64,000 nucleotides of DNA from a bacterium (GTDB lineage: Bacteria > UBA8248 > JACPRG01 > G963555815): positions 800,001-864,000 of the forward strand of contig CAUVWX020000001.1 in the NCBI GenBank assembly GCA_963555815.3, given 5' to 3'. The notes beneath the pieces were generated by a model. It saw only the letters and a program-made list of their open reading frames with translations. It was not told where the DNA came from and ran no database searches. The translations under genes and the position numbers were made by a program. Positions 49,093-60,058 of this stretch are shown piece by piece (within the stretch, counting starts at the first letter, position 1; every line of letters begins with the position of its first letter).

Positions 49093-49830
49093 ATGGCGGT
49101 GAGAAGGAGAAAACCCGTCTCTTTCGGGGCAAAAAACTCGATTAGGGTCGCCCCTTCCATCCTGGCGGCTGACTTTGGCCGCCTGGGGGACGAGGTGTTG
49201 GCCGCCGCCGAGGCTGGGGCGGATTGGATCCATGTGGATGTGATGGACGGCCGGTTCGTCCCTAACCTCACGATGGGCCCCCTTGCCGTCGAGACAGCCC
49301 GGCGCGCGATCGAGAAGCGGTTCCCCGAGATTCTCCTCGACGTTCACCTAATGATCGTAGAGCCCGAGCGCCACCTGAAGGCCTTTGCGGAATCAGGGGC
49401 AGATATCCTGACGGTCCATGTCGAGACCTGCCCCCATCTCCACCGCACCCTTCAGGTTATCCGGGGAATGAAGAGCTGGCGTGGCTCCCCCCTTCGGGCG
49501 GGGGTCGCCCTGAACCCGGCAACGGGGCCGGAGGAAGTGTTTGAGGTCCTGGAGGCGACGGATTTGGTCCTTGTGATGACCGTGAACCCGGGCTTTGCAG
49601 GACAGGCCTTCATCCCGTCGGTCCTCCCGAAGGTCCGCCGCGTTCGAGAGAGCCTCGACCGTCTCTCGAAGCCCCCCCTTTTGGAGGTCGATGGCGGCGT
49701 GGACCTGAAGGCGGCCCCTCGCCTGATTAAGGCCGGGGCGGAGGTCTTGGTGGCTGGAACCGCTGTGTTCGGTGCTCCCCATTACCGGAAGGCCATTGAA
49801 GCGCTGCGCCGCGGGAAGGCAAGAAATTGA
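49093..49830 (+). CDS. rpe: Ribulose-phosphate 3-epimerase
   Basis: APSILAADF, HVDVMDG.FVPN, DVHLM, MTVNPGFAGQ, EVDGG. Confidence 0.97.
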   Translation: MAVRRRKPVSFGAKNSIRVAPSILAADFGRLGDEVLAAAEAGADWIHVDVMDGRFVPNLTMGPLAVETARRAIEKRFPEILLDVHLMIVEPERHLKAFAESGADILTVHVETCPHLHRTLQVIRGMKSWRGSPLRAGVALNPATGPEEVFEVLEATDLVLVMTVNPGFAGQAFIPSVLPKVRRVRESLDRLSKPPLLEVDGGVDLKAAPRLIKAGAEVLVAGTAVFGAPHYRKAIEALRRGKARN

Positions 49831-49855
49831 CGAGAGGGGAAAGGGAGCATATCAT
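49827..49855 (+). promoter_or_regulatory. Sigma70 promoter of the ffh-rpsP cluster
   Basis: TTGACG-N17-TATCAT. Confidence 0.55.
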
Positions 49856-49951
49856 ACGGGGTTTCACCGCTTTTCTACGGTTGAAAGATGGGTTGGAAGA
49901 TGGGAGAAAGACCCGTCCGATGGTGCCCGATATGGATCTCTGGAGGGTGAC

Positions 49952-51283
49952 GTGTTCGAAGGCCTGACCCAGCGCCTGGAGGGAGTATTTCGCCGCCTTC
50001 GCAGCCGGGGCAAGCTCGGCGAGGCGGATATCGCCGAGGCCCTCAGGGAAATTCGGCTCGCCCTCCTGGAGGCGGATGTCCATTTCAAGGTGGTCAAGGA
50101 CTTCATCTCGGGCATCCGGGAAAGGGCCCTCGGGGCCGAGGTGATTCGAAGTCTCAGCCCCGGCCAGCAGGTCGTCAAGATCGTGAACGAGAAGCTCACG
50201 GAGCTGATGGGAGGCTCTCCCTCGGCCCTCGCCCGGGCCCAGATGCCCCCAACGGTCATCCTCCTGGCGGGCCTTCAGGGATCGGGAAAGACGACGACGG
50301 CGGCCAAGCTGGCCTTGCGGTACCAGCGGGAGGGAAACCGCCCTTTTCTCGTCCCCACCGACGTTCACCGTCCGGCCGCCATTGAGCAGCTCAAAATCCT
50401 CGGCAAAGAGCTCGGGGTTGGGGTCTACGATCCGGCGCCCGGCGACGACCCCGTCGCCATCGCCGATGCAGGCCTGGCCGCGGGCCGATCGGCAGGGGCG
50501 CACACGGTCATCGTGGACACGGCGGGCCGCCTTCAGATCGACGAGCCCCTGATGGAAGAGCTCCGCCAGACGTGTGAGCGAGTCTCCCCTGACGAACGAC
50601 TCCTAGTCGCGGACGCCATGACGGGACAGGAGGCCGTCAAGCTGGCAGAGGCCTTTCACAAGGTGGTCCATCTCACCGGCGTCATCCTGACCAAAATGGA
50701 CGGCGACGCCCGGGGAGGAGCGGCCCTCTCCATTCGAGCCGCCGTGGGGATCCCCATCAAGTTCATCGGGGTGGGGGAGAAATCAGAGGCCCTGGAACTC
50801 TTTCATCCCGCCCGGGTGGCCTCCCGGATCCTGGGGATGGGGGATGTCCTTGGCCTCATCGAGCGGGCCGAGGCCACTGTATCCGCCGAAGAGGCCACGG
50901 CCATGGCCCTGAAAGTCCGAAAGGAACAATTCACCCTGGAGGACTTCAAGGATCAGCTCCACCAGATCCGGCGAATGGGACCTCTGGAGGATCTTCTCGG
51001 GATGATCCCAGGGGTCGGAAAGCTCCCTGCCCTTGATGCCAGCGAGCAACACCTCACGAGGACCGAGGCCATCATCAGCTCCATGACGCCAAAGGAGCGG
51101 GCGGAACCCGCCCTCATCGATGGAAGCCGTCGCCAGCGCATCGCCCGGGGCAGTGGGACCACGTCCCAGGACATCAACCAGCTTCTGAAGCAGTTCGCTG
51201 AGATGAATCGGATGATGAAGCTGATGACTCGGGGCACTAAGGGGAAACAACTCAGAAATCTTCAGGGACTGATCAGGAGATAG
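49952..51283 (+). CDS. ffh: Signal recognition particle protein
   Basis: [33 protein letters not shown] domain. Confidence 0.97.
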   Translation: MFEGLTQRLEGVFRRLRSRGKLGEADIAEALREIRLALLEADVHFKVVKDFISGIRERALGAEVIRSLSPGQQVVKIVNEKLTELMGGSPSALARAQMPPTVILLAGLQGSGKTTTAAKLALRYQREGNRPFLVPTDVHRPAAIEQLKILGKELGVGVYDPAPGDDPVAIADAGLAAGRSAGAHTVIVDTAGRLQIDEPLMEELRQTCERVSPDERLLVADAMTGQEAVKLAEAFHKVVHLTGVILTKMDGDARGGAALSIRAAVGIPIKFIGVGEKSEALELFHPARVASRILGMGDVLGLIERAEATVSAEEATAMALKVRKEQFTLEDFKDQLHQIRRMGPLEDLLGMIPGVGKLPALDASEQHLTRTEAIISSMTPKERAEPALIDGSRRQRIARGSGTTSQDINQLLKQFAEMNRMMKLMTRGTKGKQLRNLQGLIRR

Positions 51284-51288
51284 GACGG

Positions 51289-51555
51289 ATGGTTCGGATT
51301 CGACTTCGACGAATGGGCACAAAGAAAAGGCCTTTCTACCGAGTGGTGGTGGCCGATTCACGCTCCCCAAGAGATGGACGCTTCATCGAGACCTTGGGGA
51401 CCTATGACCCAGGGAAGGATCCGGCCGCTGTGCACCTCGACCAGGACAGGGCCAAATACTGGCTGGGCCAGGGGGCCCAGATGTCTGAGACCGTAGAGAA
51501 CCTCTTTCGACGGTCTGGCGTCCTCGGCAAAGAGGGTCTTGGCCCGGAGTCATAG
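51289..51555 (+). CDS. rpsP: 30S ribosomal protein S16
   Basis: [30 protein letters not shown]. Confidence 0.98.
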   Translation: MVRIRLRRMGTKKRPFYRVVVADSRSPRDGRFIETLGTYDPGKDPAAVHLDQDRAKYWLGQGAQMSETVENLFRRSGVLGKEGLGPES

Positions 51556-51612
51556 AGTGGGCGAGGGGTCTGAGTTCAGCGAAAACCCTTCCGGTGCTGC
51601 GGGGGTACACCG

Positions 51613-51843
51613 ATGAAAGAGATAGTGGAGTACATCGCCCGTCAGCTGGTGGACGAGCCCGACCGGGTTGAGGTCAAACAGATTGAAGGCGAGAGGACGA
51701 CGGTCATCGAGCTGCGCGTCGCGCCGGAGGATCTCGGCAAGGTCATCGGCAGGGAGGGCCGAACAGCCAAGGCCATGCGGGCCATCCTGAACGCCGCCGC
51801 CACCCGGGAGCGAAAGCGGGCTGTCCTGGAGATCTTGGAATAG
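51613..51843 (+). CDS. khpA: KH-domain RNA-binding protein
   Basis: [13 protein letters not shown]; canonical position after rpsP. Confidence 0.92.
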   Translation: MKEIVEYIARQLVDEPDRVEVKQIEGERTTVIELRVAPEDLGKVIGREGRTAKAMRAILNAAATRERKRAVLEILE

Positions 51844-51847
51844 GGGC

Positions 51848-52495
51848 ATGGGGGGCGAGATGGTCGCCATCGGGTGCATTGTGCGCGCCCATGGAATCCA
51901 GGGCGAGCTCCTCTTCCTCCCCTGGCTGGAGGTGGAGGGGGCCCTTTTGCCCGGGCTGGAGTTGACCCTGGATGACACGGAAGGCCCGAGGAAAAAGGCT
52001 TTGTGCCTCCAAGCGGCCCGCCGCTTGCTTCCCCCGTCGGCGACTGGAGGTCTAGCTCCCTCCGTACCCCAGGGAGATGGGGCCGGGGCGAGGCCGAGAA
52101 CGACCCGTTCGGCGAAGCAGGTGAAACGCCAGGATACATGGATTCTCCGCATGGAGGGCTGCTCGGACCGCAATGCTGCCGAGGCCCTGGTAGGGGCCCT
52201 GGTTCGGATACCCAGGGATCGACTTCCCCCTCTTCCTTCGGACGAATTCTTGTGGGAAGACCTCCTGGGCCTTCAGGTCGTGGATGAGGCGGGGGAATTC
52301 CTCGGGATGATCGTTGAGATCTTCCCGACGGGGAGCAACGAGGTTCTGGTCATGGAGGAAAAGAGCGGTGAAGAGATCCTCCTTCCGGCCATTCGAGAGG
52401 TGATCCGGGAGGTGGATCTGGAGCGGGGGTTTCTTCGGGTTCGCATGATGGAAGGTCTCCGGGGACCGGTCGAGGGGAAGGGAGATGATCTTTGA
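51848..52495 (+). CDS. rimM: Ribosome maturation factor RimM (with ~30-aa insertion)
   Basis: IG.I.RAHGIQGE, DRNAAEAL, DLLGL.V, TGSNEVL. Confidence 0.92.
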   Translation: MGGEMVAIGCIVRAHGIQGELLFLPWLEVEGALLPGLELTLDDTEGPRKKALCLQAARRLLPPSATGGLAPSVPQGDGAGARPRTTRSAKQVKRQDTWILRMEGCSDRNAAEALVGALVRIPRDRLPPLPSDEFLWEDLLGLQVVDEAGEFLGMIVEIFPTGSNEVLVMEEKSGEEILLPAIREVIREVDLERGFLRVRMMEGLRGPVEGKGDDL

Positions 52496-53234
52496 CGTTA
52501 TTACCATCTTCCCGGAGATGCTGGATTCCCCGCTGTCAGAGGGCCTTCTCAAGAAGGCTCAGGAGAGGGGCCTCCTTCAGGTCAGAGTCCATAATCTGAG
52601 AGACTATGCAGAGGAGCCCCACCGAAAGACGGATGACTATCCTTTTGGCGGTGGGGGTGGGATGATCATGAAATTGGACCCCATGGCGCGGGCCATTGAA
52701 GACCTTCGCGCCCTTCCCCCCCCTGCCCACACTCTCCTCCTCAGCCCCCAGGGACCCCCCTTCACCCAGGACCGGGCGCGAGGGCTCTCCCGGGAGGCGC
52801 GAGTGATCCTCGTATGCGGGCGATATGAAGGAGTGGACGAAAGGGTGAGGGAGCGTTTTGTGGATGAAGAGATCTCGATCGGAGATTATGTTCTCACTGG
52901 GGGGGAGCTGCCGTCCCTGGTGGTTATGGACGCAACCGCCCGGATGATCCCGGGGGTCTTAGGCTGCGCCCGCTCGGCGGAGGAGGACTCTTTCTCGGTC
53001 CCCCTTCTCGACTATCCCCAGTACACGCGCCCGGAGACCTTCCGGGGGTTGAGCGTCCCCTCGGTCCTGCTGTCCGGGGACCACGAGGCCATCCGTCAAT
53101 GGCGCCGACAGGAGACTCTTAGGCGCACCGCCGAACGGCGGCCCGACCTCCTCAGGAGGGCGGAACTGACCGAGGAGGACAAGACCTGGCTTGAGGAGCA
53201 GCGCCTGGGAGGCCCCTCAGCGGCAGAGGAATGA
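52485..53234 (+). CDS. trmD: tRNA (guanine37-N1)-methyltransferase
   Basis: [39 protein letters not shown]. Confidence 0.97.
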   Translation: MIFDVITIFPEMLDSPLSEGLLKKAQERGLLQVRVHNLRDYAEEPHRKTDDYPFGGGGGMIMKLDPMARAIEDLRALPPPAHTLLLSPQGPPFTQDRARGLSREARVILVCGRYEGVDERVRERFVDEEISIGDYVLTGGELPSLVVMDATARMIPGVLGCARSAEEDSFSVPLLDYPQYTRPETFRGLSVPSVLLSGDHEAIRQWRRQETLRRTAERRPDLLRRAELTEEDKTWLEEQRLGGPSAAEE

Positions 53235-53237
53235 GAG

Positions 53238-53585
53238 ATGAAGGCCATCAAGCAGATTGAAAAGAAGGCGATGCGAATGGACCTCCCGGCCTTTCGTCCG
53301 GGGGACCTCCTTCGGGTTTATTCCCGGATCAGGGAGGGCGACAAGGAACGCCTTCAGGTCTTTGAGGGGGTTGTCATTGGACGAAAGGGAGGTGGTGTCC
53401 GGGAGACTTTTACGTTGCGCAAGATCTCCTATGGCGTCGGGGTGGAGCGCATCTTCCCCCTCCATTCGCCCATGATCGAGAAGATCGAGGTCGCCCGAAA
53501 GGGAAAGGTCCGCCGGGCCAAGCTTTACTACCTTCGAGGCCGGCGGGGAAAGGCAGCCAGAATCCGCGAACAGAAGGCAACCTGA
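53238..53585 (+). CDS. rplS: 50S ribosomal protein L19
   Basis: [29 protein letters not shown]. Confidence 0.98.
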   Translation: MKAIKQIEKKAMRMDLPAFRPGDLLRVYSRIREGDKERLQVFEGVVIGRKGGGVRETFTLRKISYGVGVERIFPLHSPMIEKIEVARKGKVRRAKLYYLRGRRGKAARIREQKAT

Positions 53586-53589
53586 GCCA

Positions 53590-54207
53590 GTGCCCCTAGG
53601 CTGGAAGTGGGAGCAGCAGCTTTGGGAAAGGGGATACCGGCGGGTGGCCGGGGTGGATGAAGCAGGCCGAGGCCCCCTCGCCGGGCCCGTCGTGGCGGCG
53701 GCCGTCGTCCTCCCCTTTCCCTGCCATCTGCCGGGCCTGAATGATTCAAAGCTCCTGACGGCCAATGAAAGAGAGTGCCTCTACGACCTCATCCTAGAGA
53801 CGGCCCTCGACTGGTCCATCGGCAAAGAGACGGCGCGGGCCATAGACCGTCACAACATCCTCCAGGCGAGCCTCAGGGCTATGGGAAAGGCCGTGAAGGG
53901 CCTTGCCCATCCTTCAGACTCCCTTCTTGTGGATGGTCTCCAAAGGATCCCTCTCCCCCTCCCTCAGGAAACCCTCGTTCGAGGAGACCGCCTGAGCGTC
54001 TCGGTGGCGGCCGCCTCTATTCTCGCCAAGGTCACGCGGGACCGCCTCATGAGCCGTTACGACCACCGCTTTCCAGGCTACGGGTTCGCCTCGCACAAGG
54101 GCTATCCCACTCAGGCCCACCTCTTTGCCCTTTCGCGTCTTGGCCCCTCTCCCATCCACCGCCTGAGCTTTCGCCCCCTCCGGGACCGTTTGCCGTCCTC
54201 TAAATGA
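53590..54207 (+). CDS. rnhB: Ribonuclease HII
   Basis: [33 protein letters not shown]. Confidence 0.97.
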   Translation: MPLGWKWEQQLWERGYRRVAGVDEAGRGPLAGPVVAAAVVLPFPCHLPGLNDSKLLTANERECLYDLILETALDWSIGKETARAIDRHNILQASLRAMGKAVKGLAHPSDSLLVDGLQRIPLPLPQETLVRGDRLSVSVAAASILAKVTRDRLMSRYDHRFPGYGFASHKGYPTQAHLFALSRLGPSPIHRLSFRPLRDRLPSSK

Positions 54208-54596
54208 GTGGGTGGCTAAGGAGGGAGAAGGGGGACCCGCGCCGGGCCCTTGGCCGGCGGGGAGAAATTCTCGCCGCGCGCCATCTAAAAAGTCTTGGCT
54301 ATTCCATCCTGGAGCGAAATTTCAGGACTTCCCTCGGTGAGATCGACCTGATCGCCTGCGAGGGGGACCTTCTCATCTTCGTGGAGGTGAAGACCAAAAA
54401 GACGGGTTCGTTCACACCGCCCGAGCTCTCCGTGGACCGTAGAAAACAGAAAAAACTCGCCACTCTTGCTCAGGAATACCTCGCTCGAGAGGGTGAAAAG
54501 AGTTGGAGCTGCCGGTTTGACGTCGTCGCAGTGACGCTCCCCACTGGCGGGAAGCCCCAGATTTTTCACATCCCGGACGCCTTTAGGCCAGAGTAG
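54204..54596 (+). CDS. yraN: YraN family (UPF0102) protein
   Basis: LGRRGE, GEIDLI, FVEVK, RFDVV. Confidence 0.93.
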   Translation: MSGWLRREKGDPRRALGRRGEILAARHLKSLGYSILERNFRTSLGEIDLIACEGDLLIFVEVKTKKTGSFTPPELSVDRRKQKKLATLAQEYLAREGEKSWSCRFDVVAVTLPTGGKPQIFHIPDAFRPE

Positions 54597-54629
54597 GGAG
54601 GGCCTTACATTTCATGGGTCCAGGATGGA

Positions 54630-55424
54630 TCACCCCTTTTGCGTGTCTGTTTCCTTGGACGATAAATTTCGCTCGTGAATAATCCGAAGGCCTTTCAGCG
54701 TGAGCAGGGGATCCACGTGGTCGATGAGGTCCATCTCCTTGGCGATGAGCTTGGCGGCGCCCCCTGTTGCGATGACCTGAGCAGACTGGCCGAGCTCCTG
54801 CCGCATCCGGGCAACGATCTCCTTCACCATGCCCACATAGCCGTAAAGGACCCCCGACTGCATGCTGGCAATGGTGTTCTTCCCGATGGCCTTTCCAGGC
54901 CAGTCTAGCTCGACCCGGGGCAGCTTGGCCGCGTGCTGAAAGAGGGCCTCCATGGAGATCTCGATCCCCGGCGCGATAGCGCCCCCCAGGTACTCTCCAC
55001 GGGCCGACACAGCGTCAAAGGTGGTCGCGGTCCCGAAGTCCACGAGGATGAGAGGACCGCCGTATTCAGTGTAGCCCGCCACGGCGTTGACGATGCGGTC
55101 GGCCCCCACCTCGCGGGGGTTGTCGGAGAGGATGGAGATCCCCGTCTTGGTCCCCGGGCCCACCATCAGTGGGGTGCATCCAAAGTAGCGGCTGGCCATC
55201 TCCTCCAAGGCTGAAAGGAGGGGGGGGACCACACAGGAGATGGCCATCTCCCTGACCTCCTTAGGGTTCAGGCCTTGGTGCTGGAAGAGCTCCATGAGGA
55301 ACGTCCCTAACTCGTCGGCCGTCCGTTCGGGACGGGTGGCCGCGGTCCAATGGACCAGCAGCTCCTCCCCCCGGTAGACTCCCAGCGCGACATTGCTATT
55401 TCCAACATCCATCACCAGAAGCAC
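54630..55424 (-). CDS. coaX: Type III pantothenate kinase
   Basis: MDVGNS, VGADR, VDFGTATT, GGAIAPG, ATGG; GTG 55424 with GGAGG SD. Confidence 0.95.
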   Translation of the reverse strand: MLLVMDVGNSNVALGVYRGEELLVHWTAATRPERTADELGTFLMELFQHQGLNPKEVREMAISCVVPPLLSALEEMASRYFGCTPLMVGPGTKTGISILSDNPREVGADRIVNAVAGYTEYGGPLILVDFGTATTFDAVSARGEYLGGAIAPGIEISMEALFQHAAKLPRVELDWPGKAIGKNTIASMQSGVLYGYVGMVKEIVARMRQELGQSAQVIATGGAAKLIAKEMDLIDHVDPLLTLKGLRIIHERNLSSKETDTQKG

Positions 55425-55437
55425 TAAGATACCTCCA

Positions 55438-56238
55438 TCACAAGGAAGACGGCGAGGCTTCAAGCTCCACGATCTCGCCCGTCCGCAGGGAAAGGCGACC
55501 CGCTGCGGTCTCAATCAGAAGGGCCCCATCCTCCGCCAGGTCCAGGGCGGTCCCCTCCACTTGACGTCCCCTGTCGGTGGCTCTAACCCGACGTCCCAGG
55601 GTGGAGGACTTTTGGCGCCAGGCCTCCCGGATGGGGGCGAAGGACTCGCGCCTCCAGCGGCGACAAAAAATCTCGAACTCGTCCAGGAGCCGGGCGGCCA
55701 GAGGCGCCCGCTCCACCGTCTTGCCGGTCGTCCCGAAGATGGAACCGGCCTCAGAACGTAGCTCCGGTGGAAAATCCTCGTGCTTTCCCGTCACGTTCAG
55801 GCCGACTCCCACTACGGCATAGTCCAGCTGCCCCCCCCGGGCCCGTGACTCCGTCAGGATGCCGCCCACCTTTTTGCCCTCGATCCGTATGTCGTTGGGC
55901 CACTTGAGTCGCGGGGCGACTCCGCAGAGGGCCTCTACGGCAGTCGCTACCGAGACCCCGGCAAGAAGGGTGAGTTGGGACATATCGGAAGAGAGAGTGG
56001 GGCGAACGACGATGGAGCCATAGAGGCCCCGCCCTGGGGGTGAAAACCAGACTCGCCCCAGGCGTCCCCGCCCTTGGGTCTGGGTGTCGGCGAAGACCGC
56101 CGTTCCTTCGGGGGCCCCTCCTTCGGCCAGGTCCAAGGCCCGGTCATTGGTGGACGCAAAGGAGGAGACGAAATGGAGAGGGACTTGTCGGAAGTCAGGG
56201 TGACGATGGCGTCTCACTTCTTCCACAAAACCCATCAC
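55438..56238 (-). CDS. birA: Biotin-[acetyl-CoA-carboxylase] ligase (no N-terminal HTH)
   Basis: STND, QTQGRGRLGRVWFSP, KWPND, KKVGGIL. Confidence 0.95.
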   Translation of the reverse strand: MMGFVEEVRRHRHPDFRQVPLHFVSSFASTNDRALDLAEGGAPEGTAVFADTQTQGRGRLGRVWFSPPGRGLYGSIVVRPTLSSDMSQLTLLAGVSVATAVEALCGVAPRLKWPNDIRIEGKKVGGILTESRARGGQLDYAVVGVGLNVTGKHEDFPPELRSEAGSIFGTTGKTVERAPLAARLLDEFEIFCRRWRRESFAPIREAWRQKSSTLGRRVRATDRGRQVEGTALDLAEDGALLIETAAGRLSLRTGEIVELEASPSSL

Positions 56239-56247
56239 TTTGCCCCC

Positions 56248-59088
56248 TTAGGACTCTTTCTCCCATTCAGTAACGCGCGCCAGGTTGCCTTCCAGGCGAG
56301 CCATCAGCTCCACCAGGGTATCTCGCCGGGCCCGTGTTTCCTGGACCACCTCTGCTGGGGCGCGCTCTTCAAACTGGGGGGAATCGAGCCGGCGCTGGAC
56401 CGCCTCGAGATCCTTCCGGGCCGCGGCAAGCTTCTTCGAGATGCGCTCTCGCTCTGCGCCGAAATCCAGAAGACCTTTTAGGTCGACGATGAAATCCCCC
56501 CACGACGTTGTGTCAGTCGCCGAAACAGGGGGATGCGCTTGCCCGGGCTCTAGGTAGGAGAAAGCTTCTGCGTTCGTGGCTGCAACAAAAAATTCCTTTT
56601 CTTTTTCTAAGACCTCCCGGCCAAGCTCCCCGAGCTCTCCCCGAAGCTGAGCAGAGAGGCGAAACTTTTTTCGAGGATGAATGTCCATCTCGCCAAAAAT
56701 GTTTCGGACCCCGGTGATGGCCTCGATGAGAAGGCCCATCGGGCGCTCGGCCTCTTCATCAATAAATCTCTCGTCCACCTCAGGATAAGGCGCCAGAGCG
56801 AGGAGGGAAGGCCCTCCAGGTGGCTTTGGGAGCCGCTGCCAGAGCTCCTCCGTCATAAAAGGCATGAAGGGGTGAAGAAGGCGAAGAGAGGTCTCCAAAA
56901 CCTCCGCCAGAAGGGCCCGCACATGTTCCCCTTCCTTCTTATCGGCCAGGCGATGTTTTGTCTCCTCCAGATACCAGTCACAGAACTGATGCCACATGAA
57001 CTGGTAAAGGACGCTCGAGGCCTCGTTGAACCGATAGGATTCCAGGGCCTCACGGACCGTCCGGGTGGTTCGGTGAAGACAGCTTAAAATCCAGTGGTCG
57101 GCCGGTCTCACAGGGGAGTCGCTGTCCCCCTTCTTTGCTTTTCGGACAGCGAGAAGCGCCGCCTCCCGGTCGGGAGGGTTCTCCCCCAAATGGCTTAGGC
57201 AAAAGCGCGCCGCGTTCCAGATCTTATTGCAAAAGTGCCGGTAGCCCTCGATGCGCTCCCCGGAGATCCGGATGTCCCGGCCCTGGGCAGCTATGGAGGA
57301 AAGCGTAAAGCGGAAGGCGTCGGCCCCTTGTTTATCGATGATCTCGACCGGGTCGATGACGTTCCCCCGGCTTTTGCTCATCTTCTGACCTTCCGGGTCC
57401 CGCACCAGGGCGTGGATATAGACCTCGCGGAAAGGGACCTCGCCCATGAATTTGAGGCCCATCATCATCATCCGGGCGACCCAAAAGAAGAGGATGTCGA
57501 AGGCGGTGACGAGGACGCTCGTGGGATAGAAGGTTTTTAGGGCGGAGGTGTCCTCGGGCCAGCCCAAGGTCGAGAAGGGCCAAAGGGATGAGCTGAACCA
57601 GGTGTCCAGGACATCGGGGTCACGGACGAGATTTTTGGCCTCACATTTTGGACACTCGGTCGGGTCCTCGAGGGAGACGATGGCCTTGGCGTCCTGGAAA
57701 AAGATGTATTGCCCGTCGGCTGTCTCGGTTACCGCTTTCCTTTGCGCATCAACTGCTTTTCCCTTCCGGCTCCATTTGCCTTTGTTGCAGTCAAGACAGT
57801 ACCAGGCCGGGATCTGGTGTCCCCACCAGATCTGACGCGAGATGCACCAGTCCTTGATGTTCCGCATCCACTCGAAATAGGTCTTGGTCCAGGTTTCGGG
57901 GACAATTTTGGTGCGCCCCTCCTCAACAGCTCGAATAGCGGGTTCTGCCAGCTGCTTTGTCGCGACAAACCATTGAGGAGTGAGAAAGGGTTCAACCGCC
58001 GTCTGACAGCGGTAGCAGTGTCCGACCGAATGGCGGTGGGGTTCTTCTCCGGCAGAGAGGCGAAGCTCTTCAAGATCCTTCAAGATGAGCTTTCGCACCT
58101 TATAGTGGTCTTCTCCCAGGTACTTCTCTGCCCTTTCGCTCTCTAAAGGTTTTCCCTCGTTGTCCACGAGGAATTCCGGAGAAAGCTGACCCTTCGATGT
58201 GAATATCTTGATTATCGGGAGCTCGTGGCGGACTCCGATCTCATGGTCATTGAAGTCGTGGCCGGGCGTGATCTTAAGGGCGCCCGTCCCGAACTCCATC
58301 GAGACAAAAGGGTCGGCGATGACCGGGATCTTGCGGTTGACGACGGGGACAAGGACTTTCCGCCCGATGGCACCCTGATATCTCTCGTCCTCCGGATGGA
58401 CGGCGACGGCCGTATCGCCGAGGATGGTCTCGGGGCGCGTCGTGGCGACGATGAGGGCCTCGTCAGGCTTGTCCTCAAAGACATAGCGGACGTGCCAGAG
58501 CCTTCCGTCCACCTCTTCGTGCTGGACTTCGATGTCCGATAACGCTGTATCGCACCGCGGGCACCAGTTGACGAGCCGCTCGCCCCGGTAGATGAGATGG
58601 TCCTCATAGAGGCGAACAAAGGCTTGCCGCACCGCCTTCGAGAGACCTTCGTCGAAGGTGAAGCGGGTCCGGTCCCAGTCACAGGAAGCGCCGAGTTTTT
58701 TGAGCTGGCCGAGGATCCGCTTCTCGTATCGCTTACTCCATTCCTTTGCCTCTTCGACGAATTTCTCCCGTCCGAGCTCTTCGCGGTTTTTGCCCTTCTC
58801 GGCGAGGACCCGCTCGACCACATTTTGCGTCGCGATCCCGGCGTGATCGGTCCCCGGCATCCAGAGGGTGTTCGAGCCCTCCATTCGCTTCCATCGAACC
58901 AGGATGTCCTGAAGGGTGCTGTTGAGGGCATGTCCCATGTGGAGAGAGCCCGTGACGTTGGGCGGGGGAATGACGATACAGAAGGGCGGACGCGAGGAGG
59001 TGTCCTCGGCACGAAAGGCTTCAGCCTCAAGCCAGGCTTGGTACCAGCGCCCCTCAACGGATTGGGGGGTGTATCCAGTCTCGATCAT
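56248..59088 (-). CDS. valS: Valine-tRNA ligase
   Basis: PPPNVTGSLHMGH, DWCISRQIWWGH, KMSKS, C-terminal coiled coil. Confidence 0.98.
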   Translation of the reverse strand: MIETGYTPQSVEGRWYQAWLEAEAFRAEDTSSRPPFCIVIPPPNVTGSLHMGHALNSTLQDILVRWKRMEGSNTLWMPGTDHAGIATQNVVERVLAEKGKNREELGREKFVEEAKEWSKRYEKRILGQLKKLGASCDWDRTRFTFDEGLSKAVRQAFVRLYEDHLIYRGERLVNWCPRCDTALSDIEVQHEEVDGRLWHVRYVFEDKPDEALIVATTRPETILGDTAVAVHPEDERYQGAIGRKVLVPVVNRKIPVIADPFVSMEFGTGALKITPGHDFNDHEIGVRHELPIIKIFTSKGQLSPEFLVDNEGKPLESERAEKYLGEDHYKVRKLILKDLEELRLSAGEEPHRHSVGHCYRCQTAVEPFLTPQWFVATKQLAEPAIRAVEEGRTKIVPETWTKTYFEWMRNIKDWCISRQIWWGHQIPAWYCLDCNKGKWSRKGKAVDAQRKAVTETADGQYIFFQDAKAIVSLEDPTECPKCEAKNLVRDPDVLDTWFSSSLWPFSTLGWPEDTSALKTFYPTSVLVTAFDILFFWVARMMMMGLKFMGEVPFREVYIHALVRDPEGQKMSKSRGNVIDPVEIIDKQGADAFRFTLSSIAAQGRDIRISGERIEGYRHFCNKIWNAARFCLSHLGENPPDREAALLAVRKAKKGDSDSPVRPADHWILSCLHRTTRTVREALESYRFNEASSVLYQFMWHQFCDWYLEETKHRLADKKEGEHVRALLAEVLETSLRLLHPFMPFMTEELWQRLPKPPGGPSLLALAPYPEVDERFIDEEAERPMGLLIEAITGVRNIFGEMDIHPRKKFRLSAQLRGELGELGREVLEKEKEFFVAATNAEAFSYLEPGQAHPPVSATDTTSWGDFIVDLKGLLDFGAERERISKKLAAARKDLEAVQRRLDSPQFEERAPAEVVQETRARRDTLVELMARLEGNLARVTEWEKES

Positions 59089-59187
59089 CCTGCCTGGCCC
59101 TCGCTTTTCAGGCGCAGCATCTGCTGTTCAATGAGGATCTCGGCTAGCTCGGGGCCGACCGGGCGGGACTCCTCCTAGAGGGTTTGG

Positions 59188-59919
59188 CTAACCCCCGCCT
59201 GAAGGAGCTTGCTCGACATCGCGTTGGCCAACCTTCTCCGCAGCGGAGACCGAGAGAGATGACGGCTCCCCCGCGGTCAGTTGCGCCTTGTAGTGGGGCG
59301 TCACCATCCCCCCGGAGACCACGAGCTTGATCCCGTCCTCGATGCTCATGGTGAGGGGCATCACATCCTTCCGGGGGACAAAAATGAGCATCCCAGAGGT
59401 GGGGTTGGGCGTTGTCGGGATGTAGATCTTCACCACATCCTGCTGAACCGTATGCTCCACCTCCCCCCGGGTTTCCGATGTCACAAAGCCCAGGACGTAC
59501 ATCTCCCGACGGGGGTACTCCACCAGGACCACGCGCTCGAATTTCTCACCCTTTCCCCGGGTGATGGCCTCCAGGAGCTGCTTGGCCCCCCCGTAGATGG
59601 TCCGTACTATAGGAAGTCTGCAGAGCACCTTTTCTCCGAGGGCGATGAGCTGCCTTCCCATCAGGTTGGTCGCCACAAGACCCACCAGGAAGAGGGCCAC
59701 AGCTGTGGCGAGGACACCAAGTCCGATGACCAGAACGCGCGGGATGTCGACGCCGGGATAGCCGAAATATTCAAAACCCCGGGTGACTGCGGGTGAGAAG
59801 ATCCCGTTCAGCACGTTGGTGAGAAACCGAAGGAGAAGAAAGGTGACCCAGATGGGCACGATCACCACAATGCCGGCAATCAAGAGATTCCGAATGCGAT
59901 TACTAAACGCCCTCAGCAC
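59188..59919 (-). CDS. DUF502 membrane protein
   Basis: VVLVEYPR, LGFVT, IPTTPNPTSG, VVSGG. Confidence 0.9.
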   Translation of the reverse strand: MLRAFSNRIRNLLIAGIVVIVPIWVTFLLLRFLTNVLNGIFSPAVTRGFEYFGYPGVDIPRVLVIGLGVLATAVALFLVGLVATNLMGRQLIALGEKVLCRLPIVRTIYGGAKQLLEAITRGKGEKFERVVLVEYPRREMYVLGFVTSETRGEVEHTVQQDVVKIYIPTTPNPTSGMLIFVPRKDVMPLTMSIEDGIKLVVSGGMVTPHYKAQLTAGEPSSLSVSAAEKVGQRDVEQAPSGGG

Positions 59920-60058
59920 AGCCCTATCCTCCCATAGGGAATCCTTTTCTGAATATATCCTGGCGAGATCAATCCACCAACCCTTTTTTGTCGGCCCTTC
60001 AGGAGAAGTCCCTCCTGATATGCCCTTTCAGGGGACGGGCCGAGCGCGAAAAAAGGCC

